Source of the DNA: Candidatus Omnitrophota bacterium
GTDB taxonomy: Bacteria > Omnitrophota > Gorgyraeia > Zapsychrales > Zapsychraceae
Direction of reading: 5' to 3'
Length of the DNA: 64,000 nt
Assembly: GCA_035292445.1 (NCBI GenBank)
Contig: DATDQB010000013.1
Coordinates: forward strand, 7,884-71,883
In this document: positions 8,226 to 17,788 of the stretch, piece after piece
Layout: each line of letters opens with the position of its first letter
How positions within the stretch are numbered: the stretch's first letter is position 1
The notes under the pieces: model-generated
The model's input: the letters and a program-made list of their open reading frames with translations, nothing else
Database searches by the model: none
What the model was told of the DNA's origin: nothing
Translations under genes and position numbers: made by a program

Positions 8226-10535
8226 TTAAAAACCGCGGCTGACGCTGAAATAGAACTTCCCGCCATCATCATCATCTCCGGGCTGTTCATCCAGCGGAAA
8301 GCCGTAATCCAGTTTGATAGGACCGATAGGAGTCTTAAAGCGAAAACCAAGGCCTGTACCGGATAGAAGGCCGTCTTCTCCGAAATCTTCCAACGTTGCC
8401 CAAACGTTACCCGTATCCAAGAAAACGGCAAATTTGATGAATTCAATGACGGGGATCGTATATTCTATATTGGCCACCACCATGGCCTCCCCACCGATTG
8501 GATCATTCGTTCCCGTATCAATCGGGCCGACGTTGCGCTCATCGTAGCCGCGGATGCTGTTGGCCCCGCCGGCGAAGAAGCGCTCAAAGATAGGGACTTT
8601 ATCGGCATCGCCAAAGGCATCGACCAACCCGCCCTTAACCCGTATTTCCAGGACTCCATTAAAGATCTTGCTCAAAGGAATATAATAGCTGCCTCCTCCC
8701 GTCAAACGGTAAAAATCTTTATCGCCTCCCAGAAAGCCGCCGGCATAATCAAAGCCGCTATCCAGAACGAGCCCCTTGGTCGGGCTAAAAACATTGTCCG
8801 TTGAATCACGATTCAAGGTAAAACCGACCATACTGACCGTATTAGAACCTCCCTCGGCCAGTAAATCGGCCGAAACGCCCGCCTCAAAATCGCCGATATC
8901 AACTTCTTCTAATCGGTAGAACGTGCCGCCCTGGACAAATTCGGTAAATTGTTTACCAAAACGGATACGCCCGCCCGTGCGCTCTTCATCATAAGCATAA
9001 CCGGTATCTTCGGAACGTTCCCGTTCCGTCATGAAAATATCAAACCCTGCGGAGACCGGATGATCAAAAAGCCAAGGCTCAGTAAAGCTTAAATAAAAAT
9101 TGTTCTTATGGGAACCTGTTTCAGCCCTTAAACTGAGTTTCTGGCCGCCGCCGGTGAAGGTGGGCCAGTTGGTGAAATCAAAGTTGCGCTGCTGGATCTC
9201 GACAAACCCGACGATATCGTCGACCGTGCTGAAGCCGCCGCCGAAGGAGAACGTCCCCGTTTTCGCCTCCTTGACGTTAACAACCAGGTCTTTTCGGTCC
9301 AACGTATCCGTGTCTTGGATATCAAAGTTCACTTCTTCGAAATACCCGAGATTATCCAATTTTTCCTTGCTGCGGCGCAATTTCGCCCCGTCAAAACGGT
9401 CACCGGGGATAAGCTTAAGCTCCCGCCGGATCACGATGTCCCGGGTGCGAGCGTTGCCTTGAATGATGACCTTTTCGATATAAGCCAGGCTACCCTCTTC
9501 CACATCAATACGAACATTGACCTTGCCTGTCGAGGGATCCACCGCGGTCGTTTCCTCGGATTTGGCGAAGATATAACCGCGGTCAAAGTAAAGCGTCTGG
9601 ATATTATTGACGTCGACGGAAAGTTTATCGCGGCTGAAAATGCTTCCTTCAGAAATTTCCTTCATCACTTTGCGGATCTCTTTTTCCGAAATAATGGAGT
9701 TGCCGGTGATATCCACCGTCCCCACCGAATAACGCCTTCCTTCATCGATGACGATATTGATATTGATGAAGCCTTTATATAATGCCTCGGTGGTATACGT
9801 TGCCGTGGCATCGATGTAACCCTGCTGTTCATAAAAAGATTTGATGCGATCCATGTCTTCCTCGATGACCTCTTCATTCAAATAGCCGGAACGAAACCAC
9901 CACTTGGTCCGCGTTTTGAGGACCTTTTGGATCTTCTTCTTGGGGAAGGCCACATTCCCCAAGATCTTGATATCTTTAATGCGGATCTTATGGCCTTCCT
10001 CAATGACAAAATGAAGGCTGGCTTTATTCGTGACCTCATCAATGAACGTTTCCGGCTCAACCGTCACGCTGGTCAACCCCTTGGAGGCATAGAAATCTTT
10101 GATGATCTTCACATCGTCTTTGAGGACTTTTTGATCCAGGAACTTACCAGCCTGCGAATCGATCTTACGGGCGAGGCCTCTAGCGCTGATATGGCGGGTC
10201 TTGGAAAACGTGACCTCTTCAATGATCGCCTTTTCATCCACATAAATAATGACCTTAAACCCGCCTTCATGCTCCTGGCGGTCAACGCGCACATCGGAGA
10301 AATAACCGGTGTTATAAAGCCTTTTTAGATCGTCACTGATCACCGCTTGCAGATATTCTTGCCCCACACGGGTCTTGATCTTTGAAAGGATCGTGGCGAT
10401 GCTGATCGTTTTATTGCCTTCGACTTCGATGGATTTGACGATCTTTCCCTGCCCGTCGTCTTGGGCATAAACAGGGTGGGTTAGAAAAACAGAGGCACAA
10501 AGAAACACGAAGCTTATACTTTTTAATTTAGACAT
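8226..10535 (-). CDS. bamA: Outer-membrane protein assembly factor BamA
   Basis: Signal peptide, POTRA repeats, IRGY loop, TPIGPIKLDYG, C-terminal Phe. Confidence 0.97.
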   Translation of the reverse strand: MSKLKSISFVFLCASVFLTHPVYAQDDGQGKIVKSIEVEGNKTISIATILSKIKTRVGQEYLQAVISDDLKRLYNTGYFSDVRVDRQEHEGGFKVIIYVDEKAIIEEVTFSKTRHISARGLARKIDSQAGKFLDQKVLKDDVKIIKDFYASKGLTSVTVEPETFIDEVTNKASLHFVIEEGHKIRIKDIKILGNVAFPKKKIQKVLKTRTKWWFRSGYLNEEVIEEDMDRIKSFYEQQGYIDATATYTTEALYKGFININIVIDEGRRYSVGTVDITGNSIISEKEIRKVMKEISEGSIFSRDKLSVDVNNIQTLYFDRGYIFAKSEETTAVDPSTGKVNVRIDVEEGSLAYIEKVIIQGNARTRDIVIRRELKLIPGDRFDGAKLRRSKEKLDNLGYFEEVNFDIQDTDTLDRKDLVVNVKEAKTGTFSFGGGFSTVDDIVGFVEIQQRNFDFTNWPTFTGGGQKLSLRAETGSHKNNFYLSFTEPWLFDHPVSAGFDIFMTERERSEDTGYAYDEERTGGRIRFGKQFTEFVQGGTFYRLEEVDIGDFEAGVSADLLAEGGSNTVSMVGFTLNRDSTDNVFSPTKGLVLDSGFDYAGGFLGGDKDFYRLTGGGSYYIPLSKIFNGVLEIRVKGGLVDAFGDADKVPIFERFFAGGANSIRGYDERNVGPIDTGTNDPIGGEAMVVANIEYTIPVIEFIKFAVFLDTGNVWATLEDFGEDGLLSGTGLGFRFKTPIGPIKLDYGFPLDEQPGDDDDGGKFYFSVSRGF

Positions 10536-10577
10536 ATAATAAAGGTAAGGATTACTGAAATTTCTTTAGTTTTTTTG

Positions 10578-10606
10578 ATTATAAGGGCAAAGAAAAGACG
10601 TGTCAA
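10578..10606 (-). promoter_or_regulatory. Sigma70-type promoter upstream of bamA
   Basis: Perfect TTGACA-N17-TATAAT; the -35 box overlaps the dnaB stop codon. Confidence 0.8.
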
Positions 10607-11940
10607 TCAACATGTGCAAGATTTTCAAAGCGCATATACTCCTTGATAAAAGAAAGCTTTACCGTCCCGACGGGGCCGTTGCGCTGTTTGGCGATGATGA
10701 CATCCGCGATGCCTTTATTTTCTTCGGTGGGGTTATAATATTCTTCCCGCATGAGCAAAACGACCACGTCCGCATCCTGCTCAATGGCTCCGGATTCTCT
10801 CAAATCGGATAATTGCGGCCGATGATCCATGCGGGACTCAACCGCGCGGGAGAGTTGGCTGAGGGCAATGATCGGAATATTGAGTTCCCGCGCCAAGGCT
10901 TTGATGGAACGCGAGATCTCGGAGATTTCCTGCTGGCGGCTATCCACCTTCGTTGAGCCTCTCATCAACTGCAGATAATCCAGGATAATTAAATCAATAT
11001 GTTGATTCGCTTTCAGGCGCCGGGCCTTGGCCCGAAGCTCCAAGGCGGAGATGGCCGGCGTATCATCAATAACAATGGAAGATTCGGACAGCTTACCGGC
11101 GGCCGCCGTTAATTTCGGCCAATCGGCCGGTGAAAGAAAACCGCTGCGGACCTTATGCGCATCCACCCGCGCCTGCGAACAAAGCATTCTTTGGACAAGC
11201 TGCTCCTTGGACATCTCCAGGCTGAAGATCGCGACACAGCGCTTATGGGTGACCGCAACGCTCTCCGCAATAGAAACGGCCAACGCGCTTTTTCCCATTG
11301 ACGGCCGGCCAGCCACAACGATCAAATCGGAATTTTGCAGACCGCTGGTCATAAAATCGATCTTTTCAAATCCCGTTGCGATGCCGGTGATATGTTCTTT
11401 TCTTTTATACAGATGGTCGAGGTTTTCGATACTCTCGCGCACCAGGTCCTTGATATGAAGGGACTTGGTCTTCTGTTTCAGCTCGGCGACTTCAAAGATA
11501 AGCTTTTCGGCATTATCCACCACACTTTCGATATCTTTGGTTGATTCATAGCTGTCATGGATGATCTGGGTGGCGTTGCGGATGAGCTTTCTTAAAACGC
11601 CCTTTTCTTTGACGATCTGGGCGTAATGCTCGACATTGGCCGAGGTGGGGACAAAATCGATGATGGAAGAAATGTAGGAGACGCCTCCGACCTCTTCCAA
11701 AATACCGTCACTTTTGAGCTTGTCCGTGAGGGTGACCAGATCAACGTTCTTGCGGACATTGTAGAGGTCGAGAACCGCCCGGTAGAGCTTCCGGTGGACT
11801 TCATCGTAAAACCAAGACTCATCGAGGATCTCGATGGCCAAACCGATGGCTTCCTCATCGATGAGCATCGACCCTAAAACGGATCGTTCGGCCTCGACAT
11901 TTTGAGGGGGGATCCTTACATCTATTTCTTGGTGACCCAT
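10603..11940 (-). CDS. dnaB: Replicative DNA helicase
   Basis: PPQNVEAE, AGRPSMGKS, DYLQL, SQLSR, SDLRESGAIEQDAD, KQRNGP; no intein. Confidence 0.98.
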   Translation of the reverse strand: MGHQEIDVRIPPQNVEAERSVLGSMLIDEEAIGLAIEILDESWFYDEVHRKLYRAVLDLYNVRKNVDLVTLTDKLKSDGILEEVGGVSYISSIIDFVPTSANVEHYAQIVKEKGVLRKLIRNATQIIHDSYESTKDIESVVDNAEKLIFEVAELKQKTKSLHIKDLVRESIENLDHLYKRKEHITGIATGFEKIDFMTSGLQNSDLIVVAGRPSMGKSALAVSIAESVAVTHKRCVAIFSLEMSKEQLVQRMLCSQARVDAHKVRSGFLSPADWPKLTAAAGKLSESSIVIDDTPAISALELRAKARRLKANQHIDLIILDYLQLMRGSTKVDSRQQEISEISRSIKALARELNIPIIALSQLSRAVESRMDHRPQLSDLRESGAIEQDADVVVLLMREEYYNPTEENKGIADVIIAKQRNGPVGTVKLSFIKEYMRFENLAHVD

Positions 11941-12365
11941 AGTCGTATTTTCGCCGTTACCTCGGGATGCAACTTCACGCCGACGTCAAAAATGCCTAAT
12001 TCCTCAATGGATTTATCGAATACGACCTGTTTCTTATCGATCTCAAAGCCTTCCACTTCCAAGGCTTTGACCACTTCCGCTTCGCTCACGGCCCCGTAAA
12101 GTTTATCTAAGTCATTGACTTCCACATTGACCGTGCAAGAAACTTTATTGAGTTTTTCCGCCACTTGCATCGCATCCTGCTTCGTCTTCTCGGAGGCTTC
12201 CTGGCGTTTCTTCTGTTGGACTTCAATGCGCTTAAGGTTACTCTGCGTGGCCAAATAAGCCATGTTGTGAGGCAAAAGGAAATTACGCGCATAACCATCC
12301 TTGACTTTCACCACTTCCCCGATTTTGCCTAACGCGGGGACATCTTGTATGAGAATGATATCCAT
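11922..12365 (-). CDS. rplI: 50S ribosomal protein L9
   Basis: MDIILIQDV..VKDGYARNFLLP, LYGAV, KLHPEV; start trimmed to ATG 12365. Confidence 0.97.
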   Translation of the reverse strand: MDIILIQDVPALGKIGEVVKVKDGYARNFLLPHNMAYLATQSNLKRIEVQQKKRQEASEKTKQDAMQVAEKLNKVSCTVNVEVNDLDKLYGAVSEAEVVKALEVEGFEIDKKQVVFDKSIEELGIFDVGVKLHPEVTAKIRLWVTKK

Positions 12366-12367
12366 GA

Positions 12368-12646
12368 TTACTTTTTCACTCCTCCCGTTGGTAAAAGAGC
12401 CAGGAATCTTGCCTGTTTGATCGCGTGGCAGAGCAAGCGTTGTTCCTTGGCCGAAATGCATGATATACGCCGGGGAACGATCTTCCCACGCTCGTTAAGA
12501 AATCGTTGCATAAAACTAAGATTTTTGTAATCAATGTCGGCTTTGTTATGGACTTGGAACCGGGCCGTGTTCATTCTTGGCCTGAACGTCCTTTTCTCTC
12601 TGAACCCCTTTTTTGGTCTTCTAGTATTATTCATCATTTTATTCAT
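12368..12646 (-). CDS. rpsR: 30S ribosomal protein S18
   Basis: [29 protein letters not shown]; rpsF-ssb-rpsR-rplI synteny; exact start uncertain. Confidence 0.93.
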   Translation of the reverse strand: MNKMMNNTRRPKKGFREKRTFRPRMNTARFQVHNKADIDYKNLSFMQRFLNERGKIVPRRISCISAKEQRLLCHAIKQARFLALLPTGGVKK

Positions 12647-13091
12647 CCCATGCGATATCTTCAGGCTTGATCGCGTCGTTATTACTGCTATTATTATTGG
12701 GGGAAGTGGCATCCGCCAATTGCTCTTCCGCTTTTTGTGCCTCTTTTTCCTTGGCCGGCCCGTAACTTCCCAGGAATTGGACGCGCTCAGCGCGCACATC
12801 GATGGCGCTGCGCTTTTGTCCCTCGGGTGTTTCCCAGAAACGGGATTGCAAAACCCCTTCGACAAAAACAGGCTTGCCCTTGGTCAAATACTGGCAGCAG
12901 GCCTCCGCTTGCTTGTCCCAAACCGTTACCGTCAGAAAACAAACCTCTTCTTTCAATTCGCCGGAACTGTCCTTGAATTTACGGTTGACCGCGAGCCCCA
13001 GGTTGGCCACGGCAGTCCCTCCCGGCGTATAGCGCAACTCCGGGTCCCTCGTTAAATTACCGATTAAAAAAACCTTGTTCAAATTCGCCAT
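12639..13091 (-). CDS. ssb: Single-stranded DNA-binding protein
   Basis: [23 protein letters not shown]; acidic tail EDIAWDE. Confidence 0.97.
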   Translation of the reverse strand: MANLNKVFLIGNLTRDPELRYTPGGTAVANLGLAVNRKFKDSSGELKEEVCFLTVTVWDKQAEACCQYLTKGKPVFVEGVLQSRFWETPEGQKRSAIDVRAERVQFLGSYGPAKEKEAQKAEEQLADATSPNNNSSNNDAIKPEDIAWDE

Positions 13092-13134
13092 TTCTTCCTC
13101 CTTAACAACCAATCGCTTGACGTTTTAAATAATT

Positions 13135-13467
13135 TTAGCTTCGTACCGCTTCGGGAACTTTTGGTTCGATCTTTTGCCATGCAAAACGCAGGATACGCTC
13201 ATTTAATTTAAGAAGTGAACGGACCTTTTCGTTAATACTTCCATCGCTTTCAAAATTAACCAAATAGTACGTGCCTTCCTTGCATTTTTTGATCGGAAAG
13301 GTCAACCGGTGCTTCTCCAGCCAAACCTGACTATTGATGACCTTGCCGCCATTTTGAGAAATGATGTCGGCAACTTCCTTAAAAATACGGTCTTTCTCTT
13401 CCTGGGCCAACTTGGCATCAATGATCGCCATCAATTCATATTTTCTCATGAGTTCTTTATTTTCCAT
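13135..13467 (-). CDS. rpsF: 30S ribosomal protein S6
   Basis: MRKYELMAII..LTFPIKK..GTYYLVNF..ILR; synteny. Confidence 0.93.
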   Translation of the reverse strand: MENKELMRKYELMAIIDAKLAQEEKDRIFKEVADIISQNGGKVINSQVWLEKHRLTFPIKKCKEGTYYLVNFESDGSINEKVRSLLKLNERILRFAWQKIEPKVPEAVRS

Positions 13468-14050
13468 TTTCTTTCCTTTGATTAAACTGATCCATCGCCT
13501 TTTTTATCCCGTCTTTCGCCCACCCTAAACAACCGTCGCCGGCCAAATCGGTGAACTGGCCCAGCATCTTACGCTCTTGTTTAGTAAATTCACCTAACAC
13601 GTAATCGGTCAGATCCTTCTGCACTTTGGGCCGGCCGATACCCAAACGTAACCGGGGGAATTCTTCCGCCCCCAGCTCTTGAATGACGGACCCTAAGCCG
13701 TTATGCCCCCCGTCGCTGCCTTCGGGGCGCAACCGCAGTTGCCCGTAGCTCAGATGAAAATCATCCGAGACGACCAGCAGATGCTCAAGGGGGATCCCTT
13801 TCTTCTCCAAAACTTTTTTTACGGCCTGTCCCGAATGGTTCATGAATGTTAAAGGCATCAGCAAACAAACGCCCGTACCATCGTAAACCCCCTCGGCCAA
13901 CAATCCTTTTGTTAAAGAGCTTTCCTTGAACTTGAAATCCAAACGCTCGGCCAAGCGCCGAACAACCAAAAACCCGATATTGTGACGCGTGTATTCGTAA
14001 TCTTTTCCGGGATTGCCTAAACCAACAATCAGTCGTGTGTTTGTCAACAC
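13457..14050 (-). CDS. pth: Peptidyl-tRNA hydrolase
   Basis: LIVGLGNPG..TRHNIGF, FMNHSG, GGHNGL, RLRLGIG. Confidence 0.97.
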   Translation of the reverse strand: MLTNTRLIVGLGNPGKDYEYTRHNIGFLVVRRLAERLDFKFKESSLTKGLLAEGVYDGTGVCLLMPLTFMNHSGQAVKKVLEKKGIPLEHLLVVSDDFHLSYGQLRLRPEGSDGGHNGLGSVIQELGAEEFPRLRLGIGRPKVQKDLTDYVLGEFTKQERKMLGQFTDLAGDGCLGWAKDGIKKAMDQFNQRKENGK

Positions 14051-14205
14051 ATTCGTATATCCCTATGAAAAGCTGTCGATATACTCAGTGTTGACACTGA
14101 GAGCGACAAGCCCACGTTTTGTTTTCCGCCTTCAACGGATAAATTCCCCAATGCGACAAGTATTGAGCTTGTCGCCGAATGCGTCAAGGTTCCGTCGATT
14201 CCCAA
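14042..14205 (-). other. Structured rplY-pth intergenic element (cluster of interlocking inverted repeats)
   Basis: GCGACAAG(C) at 14103 and 14153 with complement at 14167; CTCAGTGT/ACACTGAG hairpin; TGTCAACAC and GTATATC arms complementary to the pth start region. Confidence 0.6.
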
Positions 14206-14209
14206 ATAC

Positions 14210-14947
14210 TTACTTCTTTTCTTCCTTCTTTTTCTCTTCCTTCTTCTCTGCCTTTTCCGCTTTGGCCGGAGCCTCGGCGCCCGCTACCGCTTCCTCGCCA
14301 GGCTTAGGCTTCTTTTCCTTAAGGACTTCCGGCTCCGTTATTTGCTGTTCCGCCGGGACTTCGATCTCTTCTTTCATCGGCGGCACAATGGAGAGAACCA
14401 TCGCCAAAGGATCGTGCTTCGTGCGCACGCCCTGCGGCAGCTTCAGATCGCCCACATGGACCGCATCACCGATGCTTAAATGAGAGACATCAACATTAAT
14501 TTTATCCGGGATATCCATCGGTAAACAAACGATATCCAGATCGTGCAGCGGCTGGTCCAACGACCCGCCCTGCTTTTTGACGCCTGGGGCATCACCCTTG
14601 GGCATAATAGGGACTTTAACTTCGATCTCCTCTTTTAAATTGATGCGCTGGAAATCAAGATGAAGAAGGTGGTCATGGACAGGATGGTGTTGCTCGTCCC
14701 TGAGAATAGCGGAATAATCCCTTAATTTCTTCTCCCCTTCCATAATATTGAGATGGAAAAGGACGCTTTGCCCGCGATGGGCGCGCATAAACTTTTCGTA
14801 AACCCTTTTATCGATCTTTATCACCGTCGGGCTCTTCTGAGCGCCCCCATAAACGACCGCGGGAATAAAATTTTCCCGGCGCACACTTCTGATGACCCGG
14901 CTTCCGACTTCATTTCTAATTTGCACGTCCAATTTTATTTCTTCCAT
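14210..14947 (-). CDS. rplY: 50S ribosomal protein L25 / general stress protein Ctc (long form)
   Basis: IPAVVYG, QHHPV..LLHLDF, GVKKQGG, EPEV motif plus Lys/Glu-rich tail. Confidence 0.96.
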   Translation of the reverse strand: MEEIKLDVQIRNEVGSRVIRSVRRENFIPAVVYGGAQKSPTVIKIDKRVYEKFMRAHRGQSVLFHLNIMEGEKKLRDYSAILRDEQHHPVHDHLLHLDFQRINLKEEIEVKVPIMPKGDAPGVKKQGGSLDQPLHDLDIVCLPMDIPDKINVDVSHLSIGDAVHVGDLKLPQGVRTKHDPLAMVLSIVPPMKEEIEVPAEQQITEPEVLKEKKPKPGEEAVAGAEAPAKAEKAEKKEEKKKEEKK

Positions 14948-14963
14948 TTTTCCTTTCCCGCCT

Positions 14964-15914
14964 TTACTTATAGGTTACATCAAAAAGAATGCTGATCGAT
15001 TCTTCATCATGGATACGATGAATGGCGTCCGCCAACAAGGAAGCCACCGAAACGACCGTGATCTTCTTTAATTGTTTTTCTTTGCTTAAAGGAATGCTGT
15101 TGGTAATAACCAGTTCCTTGAGCGGCGTACATTCTTTGATATGCTCGATCGCTTTCCCGGATAAAACGCCGTGAGTGATGGCGGCATAAACATCTTTTAC
15201 CCCTTCTTGCTTCAACACTTCGATGGCCTCAACCAACGAACCGCCGGTAGCGATAATATCATCGACCAAAACGGCATGTTTGCCTTTCACATCGCCTAAG
15301 ATATGCATGACTTCGGTCTTTTCAGGGCTTTCGCGGCGCTTATCAACGATCGCCAGGCCCGCCCCCAGCCGTTTTGCATAAGCCCGGGCCATTTTGATAC
15401 CGCCGACATCCGGCGAGACCACCACCACGTTCTTAAGTTTCTTTTTGCCAAAATGATCACAGATAACATTAATCGCATACAAATGGTCAACGGGAATATC
15501 AAAAAATCCTTGGATCTGATTGGCGTGCAGGTCCATGGTCAAAACACGGTCCGCCCCTGCCGCCACGATCAAATTCGCTACCAACTTGGCCGTAATAGGG
15601 ACCCGCGGCTGGTCTTTCCTGTCCTGCCGCGCATAACCATAATAAGGGATCACGGCCGTGATGCGCTGCGCGGAAGCCCTTCGGGCCGCATCGATCATGA
15701 TCAACAATTCCATTAAACTTTCATTCGGCGGCGGACATGTCGGCTGGACGATAAAGACATCCTTGCCCCGGATATTTTGCTTGATCTGGACCTGGACCTC
15801 GCCTTCGCTAAAACGGGACACCAGAACATCCGTCAAATTGATCTTAAGATGTTTACAAATGCTTTTGGCCAATTCAGGATTGGCATTGCCTGTACAAACC
15901 GCTAATCCGTTCAT
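14964..15914 (-). CDS. prs: Ribose-phosphate pyrophosphokinase
   Basis: PYYGYARQDRK, DLHA.QIQGFF, VSPDVGG, VDDIIATGGS. Confidence 0.98.
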   Translation of the reverse strand: MNGLAVCTGNANPELAKSICKHLKINLTDVLVSRFSEGEVQVQIKQNIRGKDVFIVQPTCPPPNESLMELLIMIDAARRASAQRITAVIPYYGYARQDRKDQPRVPITAKLVANLIVAAGADRVLTMDLHANQIQGFFDIPVDHLYAINVICDHFGKKKLKNVVVVSPDVGGIKMARAYAKRLGAGLAIVDKRRESPEKTEVMHILGDVKGKHAVLVDDIIATGGSLVEAIEVLKQEGVKDVYAAITHGVLSGKAIEHIKECTPLKELVITNSIPLSKEKQLKKITVVSVASLLADAIHRIHDEESISILFDVTYK

Positions 15915-17173
15915 GTGTCCTTTTTCTTCGGCACGGCTCTTGCCGGAACCCCGACCACGGTGCAGCCATCGGGGACGTTTTTGCCTCTCGTAACGACGCT
16001 GCCTGCTCCCACCACAGCCCTTTTACCGATCTTGACCGGTGAAATCAAAACGGCATCGGAACCGATAAAAGCATGATTGGCGATGCGGGTCATGTTCTTT
16101 TGCTGCCCGTCAAAATTGGCCGTTACCGTTCCCGCTCCGATATTCACGCTCGATCCGACCGAGGCGTCACCTAAATAACTGAAATGTTTCATGAGCGTCT
16201 TATCGCCGATCTTGGTCCGGACGATCTCGGTAAAATTCCCGATCTCAACGTGGTTGCCGAGCTTCGTCCCCTCCCTTAAATGGGCGAAGGGGCCAATCAC
16301 GCATTGACTGCCGACTTTGACGTCCTTCTCTATAAAAGTGAACGGGCGGATGACCGTATCTTTGCCGATCCTGACGGTCGCGTCAATGTACGTCGTCTTG
16401 GGGTCCATGATCGTCACGCCCTGCACCATAAAATCTTTGAGCGTCCGCTTTCTTAATAGTTCCTCGGCCGACGCCAAATCCTCGCGCGTATTGATCCCCA
16501 ACGCTTCGCCTGGGTCTTCCGTTTCCAGCGTGTCGATTTTAAGCCCCGTCTCAAAGAACAGCTCAATGATATCCGTCAGATAAAATTCTTTCTTCTTCTC
16601 ATTGACCTTGATTTGTTTTAAGCCGCTATAGAGATCTTTGCATTTAAAGCAATACACACCGGTATTGATCTCGGCGATGTTGCGCTCCAAACCCGTCGCA
16701 TCTTTATCTTCACGGATCGCAACGACATGTTCCTTTTCATCCCGGATGACACGCCCATAACCTTGCGGGTCATGGACAACGGCCGTCAAAAAGGTCGCCG
16801 AAGCCTGGGATTTTCTGTGCTTACGGATCAGTGCTTTAATAACGGACTTTCGGATCAAGGGCGTATCGCCGCAAAGGATCAGGACATCGCCCCGATAACC
16901 GGCTAAATACCGCTGGACCCTTTTGACCGCATCCGCCGTCCCCAATAATTTGGGCTGCTCGATAAGCGTGTGCACCTTGTCAAGATAGGCCTTCACATCG
17001 CCCATCTTGTGGCCTAAAACAACATACGTTTTCAAAGACCCGACCGCTTTCACGGTTTCTAAAATGAACTGAATGATGGGGCGCCCGCAGATCCGGTGCA
17101 GCACTTTCGGGATATCCGATTTCATCCGGGCCCCTTTGCCCGCCGCCAAAACAATTGTCCTTAAATCGCGCAT
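15911..17173 (-). CDS. glmU: Bifunctional UDP-GlcNAc pyrophosphorylase / glucosamine-1-P acetyltransferase
   Basis: LAAGKGARMKS..PKVLH, GTADAV, EFYLTD, HFSYLGDA, NIGAGT. Confidence 0.96.
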   Translation of the reverse strand: MRDLRTIVLAAGKGARMKSDIPKVLHRICGRPIIQFILETVKAVGSLKTYVVLGHKMGDVKAYLDKVHTLIEQPKLLGTADAVKRVQRYLAGYRGDVLILCGDTPLIRKSVIKALIRKHRKSQASATFLTAVVHDPQGYGRVIRDEKEHVVAIREDKDATGLERNIAEINTGVYCFKCKDLYSGLKQIKVNEKKKEFYLTDIIELFFETGLKIDTLETEDPGEALGINTREDLASAEELLRKRTLKDFMVQGVTIMDPKTTYIDATVRIGKDTVIRPFTFIEKDVKVGSQCVIGPFAHLREGTKLGNHVEIGNFTEIVRTKIGDKTLMKHFSYLGDASVGSSVNIGAGTVTANFDGQQKNMTRIANHAFIGSDAVLISPVKIGKRAVVGAGSVVTRGKNVPDGCTVVGVPARAVPKKKDT

Positions 17174-17196
17174 AGCTTTATATCCTTAATCTATCA

Positions 17197-17242
17197 TGCC
17201 CTTCGACTCATTCGCCGCAACGCTTCTCATTCGCTCGAAGTA
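17197..17242. repeat. REP-like stem-loop immediately 3' of tRNA-Gln
   Basis: CTTCGA(17201)..TCGAAG(17240) stem enclosing CTCATTCGC twice (17207 and 17226). Confidence 0.55.
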
Positions 17243-17314
17243 CTGCCCAGCCAGGGTTCGAACCTGGAAAAGCAGATCCAAATTCTGCTGTGTTACCAAT
17301 TACACCACCGGGCA
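17243..17314 (-). tRNA. tRNA-Gln(TTG), CCA not encoded
   Basis: TGCCCGGTGGTGTAATTGGTAACACAGCAGAATTTGGATCTGCTTTTCCAGGTTCGAACCCTGGCTGGGCAG; U1-A72 acceptor pair, anticodon TTG, GTTCGAA T-loop; typical ispE-tRNA-Gln-prs neighbourhood. Confidence 0.95.
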
Positions 17315-17351
17315 ACATAAAAAACAAAATCGTTTTTTATCCAGGTTATTA

Positions 17352-17771
17352 CTACGATGAATTCCCAGGAGCGCCCTTCATTTCGTAGCTGTGGCCGACG
17401 CCGCCTCTTTTTAATTCCTGATTGTAGGCATCAAGAATTTTGGACTGGAGGTATTCACGGAATTCCTGCGTAATGGGATGTGCGATGTCCCGATGTTCTG
17501 CTTTTGCATCGACGTCAACTGGCTCTCTCTGCAGGGAGATGGCCGAACCGCAACCATTACAATGTTTGCTGCCCACCTCATTCTTAAAGCCGCATTTAGG
17601 ACATGGGTACTTCATCTTACGCGAAGGCATGGCAATAAATAATCCGTTAGGCCCCTGGATCACTTTAATATTACGCACGACAAAAGCATTATCGAAAGTG
17701 ACCGTGGTGTAGGCCTTCAACTTCTTATCTTGCCCTTCCTTGAGAAAAACCCGGATCTCTGTGACCTCCAT
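17352..17771 (-). CDS. spoVG: SpoVG family nucleic-acid-binding regulator with an inserted double-CxxC zinc ribbon
   Basis: MEVTEIRV..KLKAY..FIAMPSRK..[CPKC..CNGC]..RDIAHPI. Confidence 0.92.
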   Translation of the reverse strand: MEVTEIRVFLKEGQDKKLKAYTTVTFDNAFVVRNIKVIQGPNGLFIAMPSRKMKYPCPKCGFKNEVGSKHCNGCGSAISLQREPVDVDAKAEHRDIAHPITQEFREYLQSKILDAYNQELKRGGVGHSYEMKGAPGNSS

Positions 17772-17788
17772 GACCTAAACTCCTTCCC

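Noticed and set aside
10603-11940. Possible intein in DnaB
   Set aside because: At 445 aa with contiguous helicase motifs there is no room for an insertion.
14051-14209. Possible 6S RNA or known riboswitch
   Set aside because: No end-to-end rod with a central bubble and no aptamer consensus I can recognise; kept only as an unclassified structured element.
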